Positions 42,901-56,984 are shown, counted from the first letter of the stretch. The stretch: 64,000 bases of DNA from Octopus vulgaris (GCA_951406725.2 OX597831.1:60884001-60948000); one strand, 5' to 3'. Numbers and translations: made by a program. Notes: generated by a model not told the origin, from the letters alone.

Positions 42901-45096
42901 CTAGTATATTATAATAATTAGATCTTCTGGAGCTACACTAAAACTATACGTATTGAATTATATTTTCGCAGGATGTACATACGGTTTATAAGTAGGAAAT
43001 ATAAAGCTAGTGAAGAATAAAGAATATGTATAAAATCAATTCTTTATAATATTCACAAATAGCTTACAGTGCTGCGAAGAATAACATTTTATTATATATT
43101 ATTGCTCTCAGATGAGGTTATTCTACTTGAAACTTAATTTATTTCCAGCAGTGTAATGATATTTCATGTGGCACAGGTTTCTATATATCATAGGCGAGTT
43201 AGCATTGGACATTATAGTTTCCATCTGCTTCTTAGATTATTACCTATCAAAGTATATCATCCAGAGTCTATAAACTACAGAAGTCAGTACGTTTATAGTA
43301 ATCCGTATGTTATTGTAGGCAAAGTCGTAGCTGAAATAAAATGTAATATACCATCGAATTTACTAAAACTCCACGCTTTTACTTGGTCCTAATTCTATAT
43401 TCTCTCCACGTGCATCTGATAACCATTATGTCTTCGTTTTTAATTATTTTAAATAATGCGGCTCTGCTCTTTTTATCAGTATATATGTTGATTTAAAATA
43501 ATATAAACGGGAGATTTTTTTTATTACTGGCGTTTGACCTTTTTCCTTAAACCCATATATAAGCTGATCATTTGTGTAGGTGATTAACACTGTGTGCATT
43601 AGCGTTCAAGCAGAAATTAGTTATCTATTTAAAAGAATATATTAACTTAGCGTGCGCATATTTTCAGTAGAAGCATTATACTCCTGGCAAATAGAAATAA
43701 CTCGTTATGATATGAAATACTCATAGTTATTTATTACAGTTATTCTGCAAAACAAATCAACGGAAACTAAACAGATTATTTCATGTCTACAGAGAAGATG
43801 TGAAATTATATTTACAGATCCTCCCAGTTTATTGAGATAGATTCATGTTTAATTTGAGAGTCTGGATGTTATAAGAGTATACTTAGTCATCGATCGATCA
43901 AATTAGTTCTTTTCTGTACGGGATTTTTCTCATTGTCCACATTTAATGCGCAATAAGTTTGATATAATGAAGGAAAAATGTGAAACGAGAGAGCAATATA
44001 ATGTTAGCTATCTCAGTTTAAGATATGTTTTCTTATCTACAAGATCTCGGTTTGTTCTTGGAAATTAAAACTGCCAACGCTATATTAATAGTGTTCCAGC
44101 ATGCCCACAAGACACCGGCTGAAGGCAATAAAAGAAACGTAAAATATTTAAAGGTAATGAAATATTTATACAGTATACCATCGAGCTACGGATGATTTTA
44201 AAGAGTATAAATATTTGGCGTTTCCAGTGGGTAAAGTTTTTGCGATTTAGTTTTTAATATAACTGCAAGGAACTGCTTTCCAACAATAAAACTAATGAAT
44301 TTGGTAAAGTTTCTGTGCTATCGCGAGAAGATTAATCTAAATGTTCGGGTTTTATCGCTTCCTCTCAATAAAAAAAAAAAAGTGTCTGACAAATTTACGA
44401 ACCTCTCACATTTCATTATAATCTTTCTACTGGCGCAGGCAACAACCAGTTTCTGCCACTTGTCATTTAATCCAATTTGTTACAGCTAGCTTTCCGAGAA
44501 AATCTTGGTAAGTATGAAGGTAAAATGAAGGCAGTAAATGGTGGATTAAATATTCAAAGCAACGTGAGAGTCAGAGTAGATAACAATTTCTAAACCATGA
44601 TTTTACTACCCGGCACCATGCCTACTGTGGATCCTAGATATTATCGTTCCTATTATTCACAAAAATATATAAATGAAACTGTATACCAAAGAATGGTATA
44701 CATACGGAGCAGTAACAACACCTTCCTTGCTACGATAATACGTATGTTTATGTACGTCATTGTTCAGTTTTACTTCAAGATTTCTTGCCAATAGTGAAAG
44801 AGTCAGTTTCTAACCTAGATTCAAGGTTTCTTCATTGGAACTTCAACGTCAACAATAGGGTATTTTTGTTTGTATGTATGCATTTGTATAGATTTGTATG
44901 TTTTGCTTTATGCATGTATTCTCATGCATATACTTGCATATCTAGACATGCTCATATATATTTAAATGATAAAATTGTGGAAAGCTTTACAGAATTTTAT
45001 AGTGATGGATTGGATCTGGATTGGATCGAATTACCTTTCTCCTTTCTGGTTTTTGGAAGCCTAATTCCTCAAGATTGGTGTTTAGGCAGTGTGCTA

Positions 45097-45195
45097 TGTA
45101 TGTATGTATGTATGTATGTATGTATGTATGTATGTATGTATGTATGTATGTATGTATGTATGTCGTATGTATGTATGTATGTATTCATGTATGTA
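45097..45195. repeat. (TATG)n microsatellite
   Basis: Direct inspection. Confidence 0.95.
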
Positions 45196-46157
45196 GGTGT
45201 GAATGTTTAGCGGAAATACAAGTAGACTCTTATAATTTTACCAAATTGCTCGTATCTTTGTTGAATTCTTTTTTCATTATTCTAAACTAATCAGATAGTT
45301 TTTTTCTCTCGTTAATCGTTCTATTAGAGGGACTGCTAGAGCCCATTGGCTGATTATACAATACCTATTTCCCGCTTAATAATAGATGGCGTCACTATGT
45401 CTCAACAAATCCACCTCGTTCAAATCCAAGATCCCAGACTGATACATATATAGTAAGAGAAACAGAGACAGAGATGCAGAGAAACTGAGGAACACAGGAA
45501 TGATGTAAATAACATTTACTTTACGCTTATAAGAAGATGCACAGATCATTTCATGTTTCTATCTCTTGTTTGAAGTAGTGTCTGAAATATTTTTTTCAAT
45601 AGTTTAATATTAATATTTTTTATGGAAATTTTGTTAATATGAACTCTGCCTCAACCAGACATTATTAAAGAGGATATTTGCTACCAACTTCTATTATATT
45701 CTATAAAATTTGTCTCGCATATTAAACGGCAGTTTTTTAATGTATTTTTGCAAAGAGTAACACGGTAGTATCCAGGGTGTTTTCATTTGTGTTACATAAA
45801 TTAATTTGTTTTTATGCTCTTTCTTTTTTATTTTCCTGTACTGTTTGAACACTTTGTGATCAACGTGTTCTTTTAAACGGAATTAAATGTAATTAAATTA
45901 CCATTCACACAGGAATTTTATTCCCATTTATGTTCTCCTCTATCTTTGAAACTACCATAATCATTTACTTGCATAAATTATGTATGTATGATTTTTCTTT
46001 GAGTTTAATTTAAGTAATTCTTGAGACAGTTCAAGCCGGTTGCTAACAAAATAAAAGTATTCTTGAGTTAAGACAGTTCCTAGTGTCTGTAAATATGTTG
46101 TTGAGTTGGTGAGTTCATTGAACTATCAATGCATACGCCCATGTATGTATGTACATA

Positions 46158-46188
<31 letters not shown>

Positions 46189-46429
46189 GAGTGTGTATAT
46201 TTGTATGTATATTCGTGTGTATGTATGCATGGGAGTGAGAGATCCGCCTATGCTTCTTTACACATCTTCCTAGCAGAAAGAAATTCCGTAATCTTGGTAT
46301 TGCAAGTTTCTTGAATACTTGGTTTTGTTGGCGTGAGTCTGAGAAGTGTTGTCAAGTTGACAAGTTGTTACAGACTAGAAACATCAGCTCTAGCATTGCT
46401 GAAAGATATTTTGCCATAAATTGATCACA

Positions 46430-47438
46430 ATATATTTCAACAATGCGGAAAATTTATTCATCAAAGCAAGTATCATTGCCATCGACACAATTTTTACCAA
46501 CGAGTTACAAGTTTGTTTATTCCGGTAATATATAAAATCTGGAGTTCTGGAGCTGATGAACTCTTTGAATGTACTTTCAGCATCAGCTTGATGCTTAAAT
46601 TCCTTCTCTCGCAGGAAACCATCAAGTTTCTTGAAAAAGTGGTAGTCGGTAGAAGAAATGTCTGGAGAATAATCTGGGGTGGAAAAACTTGGTAGCCAAA
46701 ATTCCTCAACTTCTATTGACCAGTCCGTGTCGGAGGAGTGGCGGTTTTTCGTTGATTTTGACAAATTCATAGCAATATGTTTCTGCAGTAATTGTTTTTC
46801 CGGGTTTTAAGAAATTATAGTGAATGAGTCCAACAGTACACAACGAAGCAATCACTATAACCTTCTTTTTGAAGAGCTCGGGTTTAGGGAAAGTTTTCGG
46901 TACTTCATTTTGCACCAACCACTGTGAAGAACGTTTGTTTTTATTACTGTACAGAATCCGTTTTTCATAGCAAGTTACAATACGGTCGAGAAATGGGTCC
47001 GTTCTGGTTAAGGGGAAAGAGCGACAAGCAAACTTAATATCTGCGCATTTTCTGATTTTCATTTAAATAGTGTGGTATCAATTCGTCGAGCCTTTTTTAT
47101 TTTACAAGGACATGCAAATGGTTGCAGGCAGTTTTCTGACTAACTCGATGTTCTTTTGCCAGTTCTCGAGTGGTTTATGTGGATCTCTGTCAATGACGTT
47201 CTTTAATTGACTGCCATCGACGACTGATGGGCATCCACTACGCTCACGATCTTCAAAAACTCAGGTCTCCATGCGAATTCGTTTAAACCATTTTCGAGCT
47301 GACCACTCACTGATCATTTCCTCACCAAACGTTTTGTTCATATCGCAAGCAGTTTCAGTTGCTTTACGTCCTTTTATGAAGTAGACAGCAAAATTGCTCG
47401 AATATTGACCTTCGGCAGTCCAGATGATTGTAACAACG
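46430..47438 (-). pseudogene. Mariner (Tc1/mariner, D,D34D-type) transposase relic
   Basis: KGRKATETA..TFGE HTH, FLDRIVTCYEK, GLIHYNFLKPGKTITAETY, YSPDISSTDYHFF. Confidence 0.9.
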
Positions 47439-47439
47439 A

Positions 47440-49186
47440 TTTCTTTATTGCCCACAGGGGGCTAAACATAGAGGGACAGTACAAAGATGGACAACAACTC
47501 ACAAGTGGGGAAAAATAAAACGAATGAGAAGGATAGTATAAAAAATGAATGCAGTACATGGAGGCTATTCGGATCCCACAATCCAAGTAACCGAGTTGAA
47601 ACATTTTAAAAACAATTCAATCATTTAATAATCACTTAATGTATCCATGTTAAATTCTTTTAAAAGTTCATGATGGCTTACCGTTGACTGCATTCCCTTA
47701 GTATCAATTTACGTTTGTCCCGTAATTCTCACTTAATCTTTGCGAGTTCTTTCTGTCCATTAACACACATTTAACATGCGAGAGCACTCCCTCAAACCCT
47801 TTAATATCAACTTTTATCAACACGTCCTGATTATTTCCTCGCATATCTCATCGAATGACTCACCGTGGAAAACAATGCAACTTTTTTCACAGGATGTGGG
47901 TTGGGAAATTTAGGGCTCCTGTGTATTTGTAGTTAAAGTATCATTGTCTGGTGAGGTTGGGTGAGAGTTGGTGCCTTCAGGGTGAGGGTGTGGCATAGTG
48001 GAGAGGGTGGTGTTCGCATGGGTGTAGGATGGGGGCTAACATTAATTCCCTAATTTCTCTTTTTTGTCCGGCGTACCGGCTTCCATTTTTCTGTTTTATC
48101 TTCCTTTATTTGTGACTCTTTCCTAACCTCCTTGCCGGGCTCCTCCACACACCCTCCAGTATCACTTGTCATTTCAGGAGGTGGTGGCGCGATTTTCTGT
48201 CGGGCCTGTAGTACTACTGTTTCTTTTTTGTTTTGTTTTTTTGGTCGGCGGAGAACACTCTACTCTTATGTGGCCTTTCTCTCCACGTTTATAACACCGG
48301 AGCTTCCTACCCTTCACTACAACTCGTAATATCACCTCCTCACCCACCGTTATAGTGTCAACCATACGTTCAAGGTCCTACAGAGAAGACTGGATTATTT
48401 TGTCTAGGGTCTGCTCTTGCCAATTCTTCAGTGGCGTTCTCGTTACTTGGAGGACCTGTACCTTAAATTCTACACCCCGCAGTATTGCAGCCACCAGTCA
48501 GGCGACATCTACCTCCAGGGAAATATCTTTCACCCTTACTCTGGAAGCACGACTTCCAAGGTAAGTAGGCAGGAGTATTACCTGAGTAAGTAGGCAGGAG
48601 TATTACACAGTTGCGTATTTCTCCCTCTGGCAAGGCAGGTGACATCCTGCCAGACGGGTCTCAATGCCTTCTTAACTTGTTGTTTTGACACTATCTCCAA
48701 TCTCTTTGCATCCAGACTATAGTTTCTATATATTATTGTCTTTTTTACATGTCCTTTGCAACTGTACTAGAGTGTGGTGGGGATCACTTTTACTTCGTGC
48801 CCCTCCCTTCGCAGGATATATCCCTGTATTTCTTCCACTCCATCTTCTTAAAACAAATTTCTTCTTTGGTTTCAACAGCCGCCGGTGCAAAGTTCATTTA
48901 TTTTCCCACCTTCATTTTTCCCCTCTTCCGGTCTGCAGTAACCACATTTCTCAGTAATTTTTCTTCGGGCGTCGTTATGTCTGGAGAATTTAAATCTTTA
49001 TACATCATTAAGACGTAAGTAATGCGTTTCCCACTTCATAAAATGTGGACAGCGTTAACAAAACTGCCGCAGGACAGTAAAAACACATGTCTCAAGACAC
49101 AGGAAATAATAACAAATATGATTCCAATTCAATAATCTTTGACTTATCTCTCTAACGACGCACAAACAGCATCCACGTCCAAGTCG
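47440..49186 (-). mobile_element. L1/Tx1-like non-LTR element, apparently ORF1-only, with 22-bp TSD
   Basis: LLPTYLGSRASRVRV (RRM-like) and GRKLRCYKRGEKGHIRVEC (degenerate CCHC); 3' end gggcaataaagaaa; flanked by gtccag(a/c)tgattgtaacaacga. Confidence 0.7.
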
Positions 49187-49208
49187 GTCCAGCTGATTGT
49201 AACAACGA

Positions 49209-50268
49209 ATTCTTTGTTGCTCACAGCGAATGCTTTATTGCTCAGGGGATAAATATAGAAGCGACAGTACATATACAAACAAGTACAATGAAAGTGGGCA
49301 GACAAGAATAAAAAGCGGATGTAAGGATGAATAAAAATAAAATAAAATTACAATGAGCAAGGCAATGAAGCCACTCGAGCCCACGTTCTGGCGACTTCAT
49401 TTAACTTTACAATTATACACTTTTTTTCGAAGTTCTATAACATTTTTGTAATTTAAAAAAAATTTAAACATGATAAGCATTACTAAATTCTATTCCAAAC
49501 ATTTGTTTTAACTCAAATTAACTCACCATTATAGATATCTCATTGGCATCGATGTTCCTGGCCACGTATTTAACGTTCTCTTCAGACATTTTTATCGTTC
49601 CGTATATATATAGGGTCAGCTGTAATGCAACTCAGATTCCTGGGCACCTTATCGCTAAGGCATGTTCACTCGTATTATATTGTCCCAGCTATATATTTCA
49701 TTCACAAGCCTGGCATTTGACTCGCCGTTAAAAACGATGTACTTCTCTTTTTTCCTTCTTTCCTCACAGGGCAAGCGTTGAGAAATCTGGAGCTCTTGTG
49801 TGAATGTGCTCATTTTTTCCGTGTCGGGTTACGCAGGGACAGCATTGGTGACTGCAGGGGCAGGGTGGGACAGAGTGGGTTTGGGTGGGTGACAGGTAGG
49901 TATGCGAGGGGATTCATCATTCAGAGGATGCGTCTTCTTCCCTTTCTCTCTTTTCCTTTTCCCCGCTTTTTCCCATTCGTCGTTCTTGTTCCCACCCACC
50001 TCTGCTTCGGCATTGGTTTCTACTGGAGGCGGAGGTGCGGGTTTCCTTCCTGCTCACGGGCTTCGGCGAGTAGTGGAGGACAGGACAGTCTATCCTAATG
50101 TGACCGTTTTGGTCACATTTGTAGCAACGAGGGATCCTGCCCTCCACTCTAACTTTTAATATTACGTCTTCATCTGAGGGCTCATCAAAGAGTGGTTCTC
50201 TTGAGTGATGGGGTGTAGTGTGTGTCTCGATGGGACGGCTATCATCTGTCGAGATTTAACAGTTATCG
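49209..50268 (-). mobile_element. Second, diverged L1/Tx1-like element with CCHC ORF1 fragment
   Basis: MEGRIPRCYKCDQNGHIRIDCP; 3' tail similar to 47440-47600. Confidence 0.7.
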
Positions 50269-50338
<70 letters not shown>

Positions 50339-50586
50339 TTAATACTTTGCTTATACTTTGCTTCGACATTGCGAGACTAATAACCTGGTGTGGAGCTCAA
50401 AGTGACGCATTAGTGAGGTAGAGAGCGGTAATAAGAAAATTAGATGACAAAAAAAATAAACGATTATCATATGATAATATTGTATTCCTGTGCCAACCCA
50501 TTTTACTATGTGTGTGCATGTATGTATGTATGTACATATAATATAAATATGTATATATATATACGTATGTGTGTATGTATGTATAT

Positions 50587-50625
<39 letters not shown>

Positions 50626-50626
50626 T

Positions 50627-51028
50627 CAAAATAAAAACATGATGCCAAGGATTCAGCGGTACATATGTTTCGGGCCTTTATTAGACAGATTTATAACAAT
50701 GCATAATGTATGTCTGTGGCCCTCTACAGCCGCGCACAACAGAAGATGGACGCTTCAATTCTATGCTGTTGCCGCATTATGTCGTACGCGAATGAGAGGA
50801 TTTGCATCCCCAACCAAGAATTTTTGATGTAACACAAGTCCTTGTGGAAGCTGTTGTGGCGGCTGAAGAAGGCCACAGACATACATTACATTGTTATAAA
50901 TCTGTCTTAAGGCCCGAAACATATGTATGAATGGCATATTTATTTTATCAATTTACTCCACCATACACCACCAAACGGTATACACAGGTACTTATAATTA
51001 TCAAGTACTCACCCCGAATTTCTGTACT

Positions 51029-51032
<4 letters not shown>
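50627..51032. mobile_element. (TA)n-flanked fold-back element with a hammerhead in each arm
   Basis: Inverted arms ~50627-50742 / ~50850-50948, each with gcgg-ctg(a/t)aga-(a/g)ggcc...ggccc-gaaa-catatg-ta. Confidence 0.8.
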
Positions 51033-51059
<27 letters not shown>

Positions 51060-51125
51060 ATAATAATAATATTGGGAGTATAACTTACAGTTTGGTTAGC
51101 ATAATAGTGGTTTTATCTCTAATTC

Positions 51126-51208
<83 letters not shown>

Positions 51209-51257
51209 AAAAAAAGTCACGATAGAAAATGCTAGAATAATTTCATAAAAAACATTT

Positions 51258-51293
51258 CAGTTCCGGTTTCAGTCATTGAGACTGTTTCAACTG
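51258..51293 (-). ncRNA. Degenerate U3-A8 hammerhead in a (TA)n-flanked element
   Basis: cag-ttgaaac-agtc/tcaat/gact-gaaa-ccgg-aa-ctg; two core deviations. Confidence 0.5.
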
Positions 51294-51432
51294 TAACAAT
51301 TAAACAATTAAATTTAGAAAAATTAAGAGAAAATTTTTTTTAAAAGAATATTTGTATAGTGTTCAAATACAAGTGGCTTGTTTCTCTCAGTCTCTGTCTC
51401 TATTGTTTATTCTTGTGGGTTCGAGGTCGTTG

Positions 51433-51507
<75 letters not shown>

Positions 51508-52480
51508 ACGTTTAAGAAGGTCGGCAGCTAATTTGGATATCGCATAGTGTGGCTATTGTTCACCATACACTTGTACGTCCTTCGATATTTAAGCAGTTAC
51601 AGAAGATTATTTTCTTCACATTTATTACCACTGAAATAAGAAATCAAAATATTTATCTCTATTTCTTGTACTGTTTCAATCCGTTCTGACAAAGGAATTC
51701 TTAGAAAAAGAGTTAAATAACCTTTAATATATGAGTTATTGTAATCCTCATTTTCTTCTGTATCTCTAGAGGCACCTCAAAACGTTTTCTTATATTATAT
51801 TTATGTAAGAAAAATGAGGCACATATGTGTGTGTACGCACACACACTTGTTGCTAATATTAAAATACGCAAATACGCATTAACGTACATGATAATCTTCT
51901 TTTTATTTTCAACAGTTTCAACAGTTTGGTGGGGGAGTTTTCTTCCTTATTGATATAACGCTAAAATTAGGAATATTGTCAGAAAAAAAAAAACATCTAT
52001 AGACAAACAACTGGAAGTGTAATATTTTTAGTGACATATCATTTCTACATGAAAACGATGGACGGCATTGATAGCAGTAATAACGTTGACTCCATTATTT
52101 GACGCAATCTCATGTTGAATGTCTCTAGGATACCTGAATAGGTAGATTAAATAATTGGATACCTAACAATAGCTAACAATAATACAAGCTAATGTGGTGA
52201 CGTTGCATGATCAGAGCAATCATTCAAATTGAAGGAAAAACAAAAAAAAAACAAATAATAATAAACAGATATAGCAATAACAGCAAATTATTTGATAAAT
52301 AATGAAAATACAAATACAATAGAAATGAAACAAAACAGAAGCAATCACAATGTAACAAGAATTCTTTAGAGGAATTCTCGGTCGCATTTTTTTCTTAATT
52401 ATATCCCATACCAATCATATTACGCTTGCATCATGAATGAGCATTGTAGAGTTGTAAAAAAGAAGGAAAACGTATATATT

Positions 52481-52518
<38 letters not shown>

Positions 52519-52979
52519 TAGAAAATGTATATTTATGCATCTAATGTGTGCATATGTATGTATATATATATATATACATACATACATACATACATACATA
52601 CATACATACATAAATACATACATACATACACACATCCACACAAGGAGTACATACATACGTATTTTGAGCTCTGTATTTGTTTTGCGATATCTTGATGTGA
52701 ACTCTGTCAAAACAGACATGGTTGCAGCTCACGAAGATCTACATACAAATACTAAAAACTGGCTGTGGTCTTGTTCACTACTTTTATTATTAGTTAAATT
52801 GTTAAATAACTATTTAACTTATTAAGTAATCGATTGCTTGATTAATCGTTCACTTAACTAATCAGTCAAGTTTGTCGATATACTGGTCGCTATCCACTTC
52901 ATCAACGACATCTCTTTCCTGCTGCAAGTATATTTCATATCTGTCGGTCCACACAGCAGTTTATTGGTTTTGTATATTA

Positions 52980-53199
52980 CTCTTTTACTCTTTTACTTGT
53001 TTCAGTCATTTGTCTGCGGCCATGCTGGAGCACCGCCTTTTAGTCGAACGAATCGACCCCAGGACTTATTCTTTGTAAGCCTAGTACTTATTATATCAGT
53101 CTCTTTTGCTGAACCGCTAAGTTACGGGGACGTAAAAAGAAACCGTCGGTTGTCAAGCAATGGTGGGGGGACAAACACAGACACACAGACATATACACT

Positions 53200-53258
<59 letters not shown>

Positions 53259-53420
53259 GACGGGCTTCTTCCAGTTTCCGTCTACCAAATCCACTCACAA
53301 GGCTTTGGTCGGCCCGAGGCTATAGTAGAAGACACTTGCCCAAGATGCCACGCAGTGGGAATGAACCCGGAACCATGTGGTTGGTAAGCAAGCTACTTAC
53401 CACACAGCCACTCCAGCGCC
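52980..53420 (-). mobile_element. SINE family A, full length
   Basis: Similarity to 19006-19400. Confidence 0.88.
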
Positions 53421-53424
53421 TATA

Positions 53425-53505
<81 letters not shown>

Positions 53506-55439
53506 ATGTGTGTGTGTGTGAATGTATGCGAGAGGTAATATTTCCACAAGTGATGGCACGGATCAAATCTAAACTTAATGATTGTTCATCTTCCATTCTA
53601 ATTACTCCAATTAAAAAAGGAATAATTTTGTATAGTAACGAGTTATATTTCATAGACACACACAGTCCATAATAACTTTCATACACTGATGTATGTTTAT
53701 AAACTCGCTGCTATTTGTTTACTAATATAACACACACACACCAGTATGTATATACCAATGCATTGGTCAATATTTTTGTAATTTTGTGCTTTTTTTATTG
53801 GTATAGGCGGTAGAGGTGGTCAAACACTACGGTGCATGTATCTTAATTACATTTCGTACATGTATGTGCGTATATAGATAGATAGATGTTGATGAAAATA
53901 TATTAAAGATGTAACAGCTTACAGTAGTGCATATGCTTCAGTACATAATATCTTTTCAAAGATAGCAACGAATTTATTGTAGAAATCAGTAGACTTTTAT
54001 ACGTGCATTAAAACGAAGAAGACATCGTAAGGACATTTATACGGAAAATAAAAACCAATTTTCGAAAGTTTAAATTATCATATATTTAAAATAGTGGAAA
54101 AAGTGTTCAGCGAATATCTCTAAAGGAGCCGCTTTATTCACAACGCATATATGAAGTGTTTTACGATACATTTGGGAAATATTAATCTAATGGCTGAATT
54201 TAATAGGTGACTGTCATCAAGGAAATTAATTATTCACAGAGAGAATTTAAAGGTATCAGAAACTATTGCTGGAAAAGTTGAACTGTTTGAACTTTAATTA
54301 AAACGATTTTTTAAAATAAGAAACAAAACGGAAAAGAAGCAGTTACACTTTTCCATAAAGGCGAATACAGTAAAGGAAAGCTTTCAAATTATATACTGTT
54401 TTTATGCAGTTGGTACACAAATGTAGATTAAGTCTGATTTAATGAAGTCGTATTATTTATAAGTTCAGGAAATGGTAACAGATCAAGTGATGTTACCTTT
54501 AAAAAGAGGGTTAGAGGAAAAGTGGAGAACATGGATACAAAATACAAAATATCTCGAAGAGAATGCATATGATTATAAGGCAACATGTGTCCCCATTTCC
54601 TGTTATAATGAGGACTTGTTGAAGATTTGGCTGCTTTATCTAGCAGAGAGTGTCCACTGATCCTTTTCTGCATTCGAAAATTAGGTTATTTATATATTCA
54701 AAAGTTAAGCTTTGCGTGAATGAATAAAAATCAACTTAAAAAGCAGGAGCATTTCCCCGCTTACCCACAAATACTGAGTATTTTTATGCATTTGTCGCTC
54801 ATTTGATCGTTAAATCAAATTTCTTTGTCTACTTTTATAATGTTTTACATGAAAGAAGTTTTTCGATTAACATTTTTTCCTTTTATGAGATTTCGTTTTT
54901 CTTTTCTCTCCACGCCACATTCACCGGGGATTAGGCAGTTTTGTTGCATTTAATAAGCTCATGTAATGATTAGCTGTTCATCAGCCCCAAAATGTATGCT
55001 ATATTATTACAGCAAATATGTGGAGCGACCTTAGGCAAAGCACACGCATTAACTTGAAAGGATTGCTTATTGGACACTCTAGCAATCTTCCGCAATTGTA
55101 ATAATATCAAATAAATCCTTTCAGGAAAGTCATTTCAGCTCCGATAGTATTGGGCATCGAACACAAAAAGCAAACTAAAAGAGATCAAAAGATAACATGA
55201 CATTCTCGCTGTGTAACACTAAATCAGATTTAGCTGCGTGGGTCTATTATCAAAAATATTCGTAACATCACCGTCCAAATGTTTCGTCCAACTTATCTCA
55301 AAGACGGAGATATGGCTGCTATTTATGCAATTAAAATTAACACTTTTACGATACTTGTCTTGTCAAAAATTTTGTTCGTGTCGATTACCTGACAGCGTAT
55401 GGTAATTGATTCAAATTTTTAGTAATCTAATTTTATAGA

Positions 55440-56212
55440 CATGACTGTGTGGTAAGAAGCTTACTCCCTAACCACATTGTTTAGGATTCAATTCCACTGC
55501 GTGGCCCCTTGGGCTAGAGTCTTGTACTATAGTCTCAGGCCTACCAACGGCGTGTGATGGGTTTGGTAGGAGGGGCCTGAGAGAAGCCTGTTGTATATAT
55601 TTATGTGTGTGCGTCTACACGTGTGTAGGTGTGGCGAGGTTGTGTCTGTGTTTCTTCAGACGCACCGCTTGACAACTGCTGTTGATGTTACGGTTGCTGT
55701 TGAGCGAACGGTCTTCGTCCAAGAGCTCGCAAGATGGGAGAAGTCCGAATCGTGGTCCTTTGCTATTCGTAAGACCCGCAGAAGAGAAAGCAGGTCAACC
55801 CCCGACACCGAGAGCATCGACGGATGGATGAATGCGCATCCAGGCTCAGCGGTGGCGTAGGAAGTCGGGGACATGTAACAGGAAGAAAGAGTGAGAGAAA
55901 GTTGGAGCGAAAGAGTACAACAGGGGTCGCCACCCCCACCCCCTGCCGGAGCGTCATGGTGCTTTTAGGTGTTTTCGCTCAATAAACACACACAACGGCC
56001 GGTCTGGGAATCGAAACCGCGATCCTCCGACCGCGAGACCGCTGCCCTAACCATTGGGACATTGCGCCTCCACTGTTGTTGGTGTGTCTATTAGCGGTTC
56101 GGTAAATAGACATCGATAGCATAAGCACTGGGTGCGCTTCATTCGACTAAAAATTCTTGAAGACAACGCCCCAGCATGGTCTCAGTTTGATGACTGAAAC
56201 AAGTGAAAGAAA
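55440..56212 (+). mobile_element. Old SINE family A copy split by a nested SINE
   Basis: 5' half 55440-55688 and 3' half 56072-56212 match family A. Confidence 0.75.
55689..56071 (-). mobile_element. SINE family C variant with a different 3' tail
   Basis: Head and centre shared with 13490-13680; TSD actg(c/t)tgttg(a/g)tgt. Confidence 0.85.
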
Positions 56213-56843
56213 AAGACGTTTGGAAGTAAAATGTAGTGGCATAGCATTAACGCAGTGATACAAACCTCGATGATTTTAATATACTTCTTTCATTTCTCTG
56301 TATTCTGACATACAATAATCACATTACAACGTTTGCTAACTCGAGATACTTAATCGAAATCCTTACACCAACAGAAATAACACGCAAATATATTTATTTT
56401 GTAACGTCGCCTCAAGTATTGATTTCAAAAACACCTCTTGTCATAACACATTCAATAAAACGAACTACTGGGCTGCTAAAATACCCCATAAAATTTACCA
56501 ATATATGTTTATTTGTGCGAATAACACTTAACAATAAAGGAAAAACAGGCCACATATGAATTTTTCTTCAGTCAGCCAAGCCTTCTTTACTCCTACCAAA
56601 TAATGAAGTGATCATTGCCAAGGTGAGAATTTTGTGTATTGTATGTTATACACAAAATGACCAAACAAACGATGGCTCTGAAATAAATATTTATGTACAT
56701 TTTATCTTCCAATCAATATAATATTATATTTTTCACTACATAAGTCACCTTGAAAACTTCAAGTTAACAATCTCGAAAAGGCTCTCTCTTACACTCTTCA
56801 TCTTATCACTACCCTTTCTCTCTCCCCTGTGTGTGTGTGTCTC

Positions 56844-56887
<44 letters not shown>

Positions 56888-56906
56888 ACGCACACACTCA
56901 TGTGCG

Positions 56907-56937
<31 letters not shown>

Positions 56938-56984
56938 TTGTATGTATGTATATATACGCAAACACGTGTGTCTGAATATATTCT

